64,000 nt of DNA from positions 3,090,151 to 3,154,150 of the forward strand of contig CM121341.1 of assembly GCA_051530055.1 (NCBI GenBank), written 5' to 3'. Source of the stretch: Neoechinorhynchus agilis (taxonomy: Eukaryota > Animalia > Acanthocephala). The position numbers and the translations under genes were made by a program. Below, in pieces: positions 45,758 to 55,575 of this stretch (positions are counted from its first letter, which is position 1; each line of letters opens with the position of its first letter). The notes beneath the pieces are model-generated. The model was not told where the DNA came from. It worked only from the letters and a program-made list of their open reading frames with translations, and searched no databases.

Positions 45758-47428
45758 ATGAGCTATACAAGTACATCAGCAGCAGCAGCAACAGGGGATG
45801 ATAAACAGTCGAGCCCAGCGCCTACTGCACCACCCAATGCACCTGTTCAATCACCAAAATCTACTTATTCTTACAAATCTAATATCACTCCGAGAAGCAC
45901 CATGGTTCAACGTAGATCCGGCGCTACTGGCATTTCTGGACAACTTCCACAAATGATGACTCGTGTCTCTCACAGCGTTGTCAGCGGTCCTTCCGGATAC
46001 GCCCCATCGTCTTCTTCGGCCTATGGAACCCTTAGCAGTCTTGTTAGTGCAGGCGTACCCATGCGTCCTCGTGGAACCGGCGGAATGGTGGCTTTGAATG
46101 AGACCCGAGAAAGGGAAAAGCGTGAACTTTCTCTACTTAACGATAAGTTTGCTCAATATGTCGAAAAAGTGCGATTCTTGGAAGCTCAAAACAAGAAACT
46201 TCAGCTAGAACTTGAAGCACTTCAAAATAAAGCTGGACAGGGGTCAAGTCGTATTAAAGAAATGTATGAAATCGAAATGCAGGAAGCACGAAAACTTATT
46301 GATGATACTGGACGTGATCGGGCTGATGCTGAAGTTAAGGCACGAGAAGCTGAACAGGAAGCTTCACAGCTGAAGAAACGTTACCAGGACGCATTGGCTA
46401 GTCGATCTTCAGATCGTCAGCAGATTGACGCGATTGAACAGGAAATTGCTGAAAATGAAGCAAAGATAAATTTGTTGAGACGCCGATTAACAGATATCGA
46501 AGACGAAGGTAGGCGATTTAAAGCAGAATCACAGCGTCTTATCAATGAGATAAGTCGCCTGGGAAATGAACTTCAAAATGAAAGCTTCGCAAAGTCGACC
46601 CTCGAAGCCGAAAAAATGGGTCTTGAAGATGAACTGAATATGCTAAGGCAAATGCACGAAGCCGAATTGAATGACATGAGATCAAAGACCGTAGTGGACG
46701 TCGGTCTTGACCCTTCTCACTTTTTTAGAAATGAACTAGCTAATGCGATTCGTGAAATCCGAGCTGAATATGAAAATGCAACAGAGCAACAACGATCAGA
46801 GCTCCATAATCGATACATGATGCACTACAATGAATTGGTTATGCGTCATCAACGTCCGGAACTAGATCCTAATCAATACGAACAACACCGTTTGCAGGAG
46901 CAGAAATTGCAAGTAACTCTTAAGACTACCCGAAATGAGAGTGCACATATGAAAGCACGAAATGAGCAGTTGGCGGAACGTATTCGAGAGATACAGTCAA
47001 TGTTGGAGAATGAGAAGGACGAAGGGGAACGACTGGTTCGAAGTCGTGAAAAGGAATTATCTGATCTTAAATCGAGATTAGACGAACTTCTAAAGGAGTA
47101 CGACGACGTCTCAAACACGAAAACGTCTTTGGAAAAGGAAATATCGCAGTATAGGGAACTACTAGAGGGGACCATGAACCGAGATGGTCTTCGACAGGTA
47201 GTAGAGCACATTGAAGAGGAAGCAAGGAAACTCGAATCAGAGAGGCTCACCAACGCTATAACCTCAGGCCCGAGTCTTTATTCAAGCAGCTCATCAACGA
47301 GATACATTACTTCACCGATGGGTCAAGGAGTCGGTTCCGCCGTCAGTAGTCTTGGTGGATTAGGTGGAGGAAATACTAAACCGTCCGCTTATTCCAGAAC
47401 TTACCAAACGCCAAAGGATTTGAACTAA
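45758..47428 (+). CDS. Cytoplasmic intermediate filament protein, protostome long-coil-1b type, intronless CDS, no lamin-tail domain
   Basis: Rod start REKRELSLLNDKFAQYVEKVRFLEAQN; coil 1b about 142 residues by my count; rod end LEKEISQYRELLEG followed by NRDGLRQVV; short Ser/Gly tail with no CaaX. Confidence 0.93.
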   Translation: MSYTSTSAAAATGDDKQSSPAPTAPPNAPVQSPKSTYSYKSNITPRSTMVQRRSGATGISGQLPQMMTRVSHSVVSGPSGYAPSSSSAYGTLSSLVSAGVPMRPRGTGGMVALNETREREKRELSLLNDKFAQYVEKVRFLEAQNKKLQLELEALQNKAGQGSSRIKEMYEIEMQEARKLIDDTGRDRADAEVKAREAEQEASQLKKRYQDALASRSSDRQQIDAIEQEIAENEAKINLLRRRLTDIEDEGRRFKAESQRLINEISRLGNELQNESFAKSTLEAEKMGLEDELNMLRQMHEAELNDMRSKTVVDVGLDPSHFFRNELANAIREIRAEYENATEQQRSELHNRYMMHYNELVMRHQRPELDPNQYEQHRLQEQKLQVTLKTTRNESAHMKARNEQLAERIREIQSMLENEKDEGERLVRSREKELSDLKSRLDELLKEYDDVSNTKTSLEKEISQYRELLEGTMNRDGLRQVVEHIEEEARKLESERLTNAITSGPSLYSSSSSTRYITSPMGQGVGSAVSSLGGLGGGNTKPSAYSRTYQTPKDLN

Positions 47429-47889
47429 AACAAGGTTGTGGGCAAATTTAATTAGAATGTTTTTGTGTGTGTGCCAGTGCGAAAAGTGATAAAAAACAAG
47501 AAAATGTAGTCACTTTCAAATGTGATAGACGAAGCGAATCTTCTCTTGTAGAAATATCTCCGGATTTCAAAATCTAAATTTTACACAATTTTTTATAGCA
47601 ATGTGTTTCTTATAAAGATTCACTTAATCTCGGAACAGAAATCATTCACACCACCGCTCTTGATCACTCAACTGCCTTCCTGGTGTAACGGTCGAAAGGA
47701 CGGATACAGCGTTCCTTCTCGTTGCTTAGTTAGACTTTTGTTTTGTAGGAGGAATGCTCGTGATCTCGGATCGCCAGTGATTCGTCTCATTCTCTTGGGT
47801 AATTGATTTACAAGGTCATGTGCCGCGGTACCAAACGACCCGAGCGTCTCGACTCCAAAGGGAACAAAATAATGATTTCGACTCCCTCA

Positions 47890-48095
47890 GCGGCGGGAAG
47901 CCCTGCTGATCAACCGTAAATTGGGTAGTGCGGTCGGGTGCAAGCGGGGATCTCGGCTGCGAACGGGAAAACCTGAACCGCCGAGACGAATTGACAGGAA
48001 GCATGGACCTCTTGTGAACTCCCTTTGTGTGTTTTAGAGTATCAAGGAACCTGAAGAAGGCGTGAGGCGCCGAAATATCGGATTCAATAAAAGAT
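47890..48095 (+). mobile_element. 3' terminus of a Penelope-like element (end of GIY-YIG domain plus pLTR)
   Basis: REALLI followed by NLNRRDEL..stop, a typical PLE endonuclease C-terminus, then a hammerhead motif and AATAAA. Confidence 0.55.
48045..48091 (+). ncRNA. Minimal hammerhead ribozyme motif of the PLE-associated type
   Basis: CTGAAGA (48051-57), A, stem II GGCG-tgagg-CGCC, GAAA (48072-75), then TATC giving a palindromic ATAT helix III and an AUC site; AATAAA at 48086. Helix I pairing is weak. Confidence 0.65.
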
Positions 48096-49321
48096 TGTGT
48101 GTCCCTCAACGTCTAAAAAATCAAAAAAACTAACGGAGTTTGTTTGCAAATCTTATATTTGCGATAAATTAGAACTCATATTGAGATCCAAATTTAGACG
48201 GTGCTAAATACTCAAATTCATCGTCCATCGGCTATTTTTATTGAAATTACATAAAGCGCAGAGTTTGATTGCCATAAAAATATGAACAAATTATTCTGAA
48301 TTTCAAGTTTTCGTATCGTAGTTGCCTAGCTGTTCCGCGTTGAACCGGACTTGATTCCTTACAAATTCCACCTACTATTTTAAAGAATTTCGAGGAGTTT
48401 TTTTTTATAGCCAATGATTTAGTCAAACACATTTCCCAAGAAGTCCCAATGGCCCACAGCTCGCTCTGTAGGATCGCTATTCGAAGGGCAAATGAACGTC
48501 CCGCACGAATTCTTCTTTTAATTGGAATTTGATTTAAAATCAGTTGGACGCCATTAGTATAAAGCTTTTTGATTAAAGGTTTTGCGTCGATACAAATCTT
48601 TTTTTAAGGAACACGATCCATTGTTTTTGGTTATTGGAATCTGATCTCCGATGTGAGGAGTTTGTCGTCCTTATTTACAGAATTAATATTCTATAAATTC
48701 ACTTCCAATCGAAAGTTAAACTAATCGTAATCGTAGACAAAAAGATGGTTAATCTCCAATATTTTCACTGTCAACGTTAATACTCTTCGCGGTTTCGTGA
48801 GGGACATCCATTTCATTGATAGATGTTGCATGTTTAAACAATTCAATAAGTTCATTTCGTTTTGTAGGATCGGAATCCTTTTAAAATTTTACCATTGAAA
48901 TCAGCGCATAAGAAATTCTCACAGTGTTTTATCATATCTGAACCCCGTCATCGAACTACTGATTAAATTCAGGTGTCTTTTATGAACATCAATGTTCAAA
49001 CTAAATGTATAGATTTAAAGAGCTAAAAATACAGTAAAGTCAGGTGAAAAAGCTTTAAAAGTAGATCTAGAAAAGTTAATTTGATCTTAAGTTTATTGAA
49101 GTTTTGTAATCGATAATCGACGTTATTGGTCTAAAAATTGAAAGACGACTAACTGAAGAACTATGGCAGCTGTTGCAACTCCGAAAAAACAGATTTTTAA
49201 ATCAGCGCGTTGAAATGAACTAAATGAACATAATCAATAAACGACAGCTATATTATTAACGTCGGAAATCGCATTGTTATATATCGTCAAAGGTCATAAC
49301 AGTGAAAGATCACTAAATATA

Positions 49322-50407
49322 ATATATCATTGTCCTCGGGGTAAATTTTATTGTACGTTGGAGAATCCTGTCCCCGGTGTTATCGATACTCATTTATTTA
49401 TTTGAGAAATATTTCGCAAAGTTTTCCTTGCCTCTTAATCTCTATCTAAAATGGAGATGACATATGCAGCATGCACAGCCGGTCATTTCTGGATATCCGC
49501 GGGTTTGCTAATACCCGAAGTGTGGGGGTTCGATCCGCACACACCTCCTTCTGTTTGTTGCCGAATAATTTGTTCGTCATATTTCGGAACTTTGGTAGCT
49601 CCAGAGTAAAGTTCGATTTATTGCCTTCCATCGTTGGATTTCCCCGGATGTGAATGGCCTCAAAAATCAGTCTTCTTCTAAGATCCGGTTCGCTGGTTAT
49701 GAATCTCGCCTTTTCAAAATCCACCTTGTGCTGGGTTGTTTGCTGGTGGTTTGAGATTGCTGTGGATTTGTCGAAAGTCCTGCAAGCCTGTTTATGCTGC
49801 GAGATCCATTTCTCGATCTCTTGTATAGCTTGTCCAGCGTAGACCTTTGAGCATTCTGCACAATATTTGGTCTCTTGTTTGTTTTTCCTCTTGAGAATAC
49901 CCGCAATGGATGCGCCCGTTTGTTGCAAATCAAGAGATTTGGAGCGAGGTAGTTGAGACGCCTCAGTTTTCTGGTCGCTGTGTAACTTATGTGGTGAAAG
50001 CCGGTGTATTTGAAGGAGATGCTTGTGGTTTCCTTCTTCTTCCGATGGCCGATATGTGTTGCTGTTTTGAGACCGATTTTGATGGCCAATTCAGAGAAGC
50101 CTCGTGATCTGAGAACTTTGGTGATCCTTTATTTCTCTTCTTCCCAATCCCTGCTTTCTGAAGAAATCATCCTGGCCTTCTTGAAGTAGGACGTTACCGC
50201 TGTGATTTTGTAATGGAACGGTCGGTGGCTCGACCAGTGAGGTGAACTCCATGGTATACTTGGTTTGCGGTAGAGCTGCGTTTTGATGTTGCCTTTATCA
50301 TCGTGTTTTATCCTTACGTCCCATCGACCGACGAAAACCCCATACGTGACATTTTTAGGTGAACTTATAATCATTGTTGTGCTTTTGTATTTAAACGGGA
50401 ATTTCAT
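49322..50407 (-). mobile_element. Penelope-like element, 5'-truncated and decayed: RT thumb, GIY-YIG endonuclease and 3' pLTR
   Basis: DVRI...IKTQLYRKPS...HWSSHRPFHYK; CAECSKVYAGQ...QH...STAISNH...HKVDFE.ARFI.SE..LRRRLIFEAIHI. The terminal 49322-49540 recurs at 59155-59390. Confidence 0.88.
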
Positions 50408-51185
50408 TTGGTTATAGAATTCGCTTTGAACAGTTTAAAAAATCTGCTATTTATGATGCCCAATTTTGATTATCAAAAACGACGATGGTGCTCGAAATTT
50501 TGGCTGCCCAGTTACATGAACAGTCGAATACGTCGACTACACAATCGGCAGAAAAGCTTGTTGGCAGCTAAAAGCAAAATGATTACACTTGGAGCAAACT
50601 TTATTGAATGCGGTAAAGCAAGAGATCTATGAAGACGGCGCATCCATTAATAAGCAAGGAGAGGATGCAGATTTTGTTCAGGATGAGATTGTAAGCATAG
50701 AGATGGACTTAAACGGTCGTGTAAGAACTGTAAAGGAATGAAAAAAAATGATTATTTCTAGGAATTGGCTTTGATTGACTAGTTCATTAAGGAGCATTGT
50801 TTCAGCATCCCTGGCAGCCGACAGAGGGCATTGGAATCATGGTTAATCCCAAAGTAACCAGATTAAGTATCAGATCTGAAAGCAATGTAATAAAGAAGTT
50901 GGGGGGCAGCAGTCGGCTGGCTGATAATTGCAGGAGATCTGCCAATTGTTCGAAGATATCAGGCAACTTTACCGTTTAAGGACTAGTGTTTTGTTTCACT
51001 TCTCAGAGCAGAAGAGAGGCAAAATCAATGTATCGACGATCTCGGTAGAAGCCAAGTATTTTTGATTAATCCTTAGATGATCGAGTCTTGTACGATTCGA
51101 GATTTTTTATGTCCTTTATATTTTCCTGCTCCACTTAAATTCCAATACAGCTCTGCCCGTTCTCGAAAAAATCTAATGTTTATGC

Positions 51186-51526
51186 TTAATTGAAAAGTTT
51201 AAGGCTCTTAAACAAATCGCTAACGTCTTTTTTAGGATAAGGTTTCAGCGCTATACAGGTTCCAAGATTTTCAGGGTTTTCAATCCAGACTTTATACTTT
51301 ATGTTCCTCTCAGACAATGACAGCTGAATGTTATTCAACTCCTTTTCGCCGTCGTACTCGAGAGCAATTTTGTGCATGTTGTCAATATCGTTCAAATATG
51401 AAAGAGTTAAGTGATCCTCGTAGTTCCGAAAGATTACAGCGGTAGCACGGTGGCAAGCTTGAGCAATGAGGGCGCAGGCTAATTTAAATCTTTCCTTAGA
51501 ACAATGTATTGGACCGGCGACGACAT
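51186..51526 (-). pseudogene. PTRHD1: PTRHD1 (peptidyl-tRNA hydrolase domain 1) copy with an in-frame TAG and a frameshift near codon 16
   Basis: MSSPVQYIVLRKDLN* then, in another frame, ALIAQACH.ATA...YL.DI.NMHKI.LE...VWIENPENLGTCIALKPYPK. This matches PTRHD1 (VQYLVLRKDL...WPAGALVAQACHAAT). Confidence 0.8.
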
Positions 51527-51769
51527 TCGTAGATTTAAAAAAGGGATCTTATGCGATTCGAACGTTTCTATGTAAAATATTAAGACTTATTTAAACAAAG
51601 ATTTATCCCAATTTACATTCTCACTATCTCGAAAGCGAAACGCAGACATTTTGACCTGTCGCCAAGTATTCCATCCTAATTTCTGAAACCTCGAATCCGA
51701 ATTTATAAAAAAGAGAATCGTAGATGCAAAGAGGGGCGTCCGTACACGAAAAGCCGTAAACCTAATTAA

Positions 51770-52190
51770 ATGGATGAAATTTTTCGATTGAAGATTGGCA
51801 GAAGGTGTGCTTTAAAGCATTTCTCAAAGACCTTAGAGAAGAAAGTTAAGATAGAAATGGGTCGAAAACTTGCGATGAATATAAGTTTACCAGCTTTCGG
51901 GAGCAATGAAACCCGAGAAGTTTTAAGGCAATTTGGGAAAATTCCGGTCTTGAAACTTTGGTTGGTTATGTGGGTTAGTGGATCAATTATATCTGGGATG
52001 ATAAAACGAATAGGCCAGTAGGAAAAGGAGATTCAGGGAACCACAAAGTTGTGCATTGATAGAGTTTAGTGCAGCAAGGAAGTCCGAGTTTGAGGGGTTG
52101 GAGAAAGATTTTCGTGTTTTCAAACCATAGGTGAATGGAATAGGAGGCGAGTTTATGTACAAGAAAGGCCTTACGCGAGTTGAGAATGTG
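51770..52190 (-). mobile_element. CR1/L2-like LINE fragment, N-terminal part of the RT
   Basis: The antisense of ORF 51770 reads IIDPLTHITNQSFKTGIFPNCLKTSRVSLLPK...FRPISILTFFSKVFEK. Confidence 0.8.
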
Positions 52191-52487
52191 ATTAGCAAAA
52201 GAGAATTGAAGGCGAGGGAAATCAGGGTTGCATGCGTGTTATGCTTTTTCCACCTTTATTTTTAGCATAAAAGACATATTTTAGGGAAATGATGACAATG
52301 GAAAATCGAATATTAAAACAGAAGTTGATGATCGTTGAAATCGAATTCTTCAGAATATCGAATTTCCCAGTTTTCTTAAAATCACAACTAAGCTGACTTG
52401 TCATAAAGGTTAACTGATTTATTGAGTAAATAATAATTAATTTTGGTTAATTTGGAGCAAATGAAAGGCTGAACACTTTCCCCAAAG

Positions 52488-53407
52488 CTACATTTGATCA
52501 TATAGAAGTGGATCGCCTATGTCTGATCGTGGCGTATCCATAGACCTCTCCGAATGAAGGGAATCCGTTTTAATTGGGCCAGAATGGTTGTCTAATTGAT
52601 TAAGTTGGATGGCTTCTTCATCTGGGAAATATTTCAGTGGAGAAACAAGCGTCTCAGAAAACTCTTTTGATGATTTCTTCACCTTGGCGAATTGATTAAC
52701 TACAGGATTCGCTTTTAAAGTACTTAAATTTAAATAATTGAATTATACTTAATAGAAATTGATCATTTCTTACCCGCTGCGGTGCAGATACTTTGGTCGT
52801 ATCTCAGTAAATCCATCATCAAACAATCTGAGAATATTCGTGCCGATAATATACGTCGCTGTTTGGGAGAATACAAAGGCTAAGATCGAGAAAAGGCAGC
52901 TTCCCATCGCCAAATAAAATGGATAGCAAAATCCATGGCCATTCTCGTTGACGTATAAAGTAAATGATCCCATTCCCATTAGTTGATAGGTCACTAAAGA
53001 CGAATATCAAGAATATTTACAATAGTAGGCGACACTTACAAGAGATTTGTCCAAAAACAGAGGAAAGTTGCAGCCACAATATCCGAACTCGTCCTTGGCA
53101 TAGAAAATGAGACACGGCCATGAGAAAAGCCGCAGTTTCGATTCCTGCGCTCATAAGCAGCAATGTGCGCATTAGTCCTCCTAACGAAAGCGATTTTATA
53201 AAAGAAACAAGAAGGAAACTCACCTTCAATGAGAAGGAAATAAATCGGAGACATGGATGAATGTCCGGAGATTCTGATGGTGATTTTCGCATCCGGAACT
53301 CGCGACCATGGATGATTGCTGCACAGTGAGACCCAACTTAAGATTGAACTTGCAAAGAACAAAATCGCAGTTGCGATACTCAATGCTTTGAACTTTGTAG
53401 GATTCAT
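52488..53407 (-). CDS. Four-exon gene for a 4-TM membrane protein with claudin/PMP22-like topology and a long cytoplasmic C-tail
   Basis: Introns of 43, 46 and 51 nt (GTGAGT, GTAAGT and GTAAGA donors) join four ORFs in phase. There are four hydrophobic segments. No W-GLW-C-C signature, so the family call rests on topology only. Confidence 0.7.
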
Positions 53408-54267
53408 TAGGCGTTATCGATCAATCTGTCGGAGTTTATGATGGGTGCAGGATATTCTTAAATCACATTCGTTTCACACTACAAACATTTTCCGTACAAA
53501 TATGTTTTTCTTATTGTTTGGAGTTTTGAAGGCAAACAACAAACATTTATTGTATATTTTTGTTTATCAAAAAACTCATGACGGGTCGAGATCAACTTTC
53601 TCAAAAACCGTTTAAACCGCAAACGAGAATTGCACCAAGACACTAAAGTCCATTTTGCCTAAAAAATGAATTATCAAGCGATTCAATTAAAGAGATACAC
53701 AATTTTGGGTACAATCGCAGTTTTCGACAATCGAGCTATGAATTTAATATAAATTTAAGAAGGTAATGTAAAAAGCCAAAACAACTAAACAATTATGACA
53801 CAAAAACTATTAATTCGTGGAAAATGTCGGATTTTCGCCGCGAGAAGCGTCACAAATTCCGAAAAATTGCACAAAAGGGATAACAATCTCGAAAATTCCG
53901 GTCCTCGGATATCACAAGGAAATTATCAGATTTCTTTCCTTTCGTCTTGTTTCCAATCATCAGTAAATTTTGAATTACTGGGAATTAATTGAATGCACTG
54001 ACAAACACACAACAGGTTTTATTCATTATTCACACCCAGAAAAGATGTACCGAGCAATGCTCGATGTTTCAGCTTGGGATCGTTTTAACGATTAAATTCA
54101 ATAAATTAGCGTTTGAAGGCATTTACGGTTAGCGAATAATTTCTTTTGAGTAAAATCTTAATGCCTTTCGGCAGCATGCGAACTACGTACGGAGTGTGTC
54201 CAGAAGGCTGACCATCAATGAAAGTTAAATCCGTGGCTTGCTGAGCGCGTTTCTTCGAAGTTAGTAG

Positions 54268-54815
54268 ACGGGGAGATGTCCGAAGAGCAGATCGCCTTTT
54301 ATCATCAATGGACAGTCTAACCAAAGATAACGAAGAAACTTTACGAATTCTTCGTTCCAAGCCTCCCAGTGACGGCGATCAGCTGTAATTCGTGGAATCC
54401 TCCTCTATTGTTAAGATCCGTTATATTTTATCATCGAAATCAGAATTGAAGATGGTAATCTCCTGATTTGATAACGGATCAGCTCACGAGCTTGACGGAC
54501 TCCACTCCCAACTTCTCAAGGATATGACTTCTTATTCAGTAGGTGGCGCTGCTCAGTCCCTTTAAGATGCATTGGCACGTACCAATTTGCAAGGGGAGAA
54601 TTGATTCTGAAAGCAATCGAGCTATTTTTCGGCGCATCTTTGTGTGCCCTCGCGAAAAAGGAAGGTGGGATTCATCTCATTGCAATTGGAACAACTCTGC
54701 GTCGCTTAGCAGCGAAATTTTTAAACAGAAGCATTGCGAAAATTGTGGGCACGAAGCTTCGTCCGACTGAGATAGGCTGCTGCGCACCTTCTGACGCCGA
54801 GGCGATTGTTGATTA
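54268..54815 (+). mobile_element. CRE/SLACS-like (restriction-like-endonuclease class) non-LTR retrotransposon RT fragment
   Basis: GDVRRA.RLLSS.DS...NEETLRILRSK; FDNGSA..LDGL..QLLKDM; FFGASLCALAKKEGGI..IAIG.TLRRLAAK...LRP.EIG....AEAIV. Confidence 0.7.
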
Positions 54816-54818
54816 ACT

Positions 54819-54902
54819 TCAGTTTCAATCAGCGATGTTTGGTTCAAAAAATAGATTTATCTTGAAAATTTTCGGCCTTTTGGTTGGCTTTCTTGAGTCA
54901 AT
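54819..54902 (+). repeat. Partial copy (left arm plus spacer start) of the MITE at 43779-44008
   Basis: tcagtttcaatcagcgatgtttggttcaaaaaatagatttatcttgaaaattttcgg. Confidence 0.85.
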
Positions 54903-55545
54903 CTACAATTTAAAAGAAGCATGGTCAAATAGTTTATCCGGTGCGACTCGCAGACTGAGTTTGTAGTCAGCTTTGTTACCAACAAAAGTATCCGTTTGCG
55001 TGATAATGATGGCTTCCATAGTCACTCTGTCGCGTCTTACGACACTCCTCGCCAGAACCTCGACGCCATCAAAACTGATTTCATGCCCACTACCATTGAT
55101 CTGGGAAGCTATCGCCGAGCTCACATCCAACTTTTTGATAGCTGCTCTTCTGCGCTCATCAGTCCTTCAGTTTATAGATTGTTCGTTTGTCCCACATATG
55201 ACAGACTGCAATTCGAATATGGAATCTATAGACACATCCAGCAGGAACATCCTCATTCTTCGGTCCGAGAATTCCTTGGAGAGTTCTGCCCTTCCTACTA
55301 TACATAGTGAACACTTTGTCCCCATCGATTCGTTTGATCAGGGTGTCTATTTTTGCATTCCAACTATCATTGATGAATGGTGTCCCGATAAATTGCTTCT
55401 TTTCCTCCTGATTGAATGTTCTCACCAGAGGAACATATCGAGCCTCCCTCATACATTTCTCAATGTTGGGTACACACTTTTAGTTTGTTGTAGATCCAAT
55501 TCGGTTCATATTTGTGTAGTACATCATCCGAACAATACCGAAATG
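54903..55545 (-). mobile_element. Second Penelope-like fragment (thumb plus GIY-YIG, frameshifted)
   Basis: IRTFRYCSDDVLH; GCVYRF; YVGQT in a shifted frame; HEISFD.VEVL...R.TMEAIII. Confidence 0.75.
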
Positions 55546-55575
55546 TTCTGATGAACATCTTTAAGGACATAAGCA

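Noticed and set aside
48612-48626. 15-mer cacgatccattgttt shared with 62973-62987
   Set aside because: The flanks do not extend the match; it is probably a fragment of a common dispersed repeat or chance.
49500-49545. tRNA-like T-arm (ggggttcgatccgc) with neighbouring stems
   Set aside because: No acceptor stem, D-arm or A-box. It lies antisense within the Penelope terminus, and the TTCG is not kept in the second copy at ~59225.
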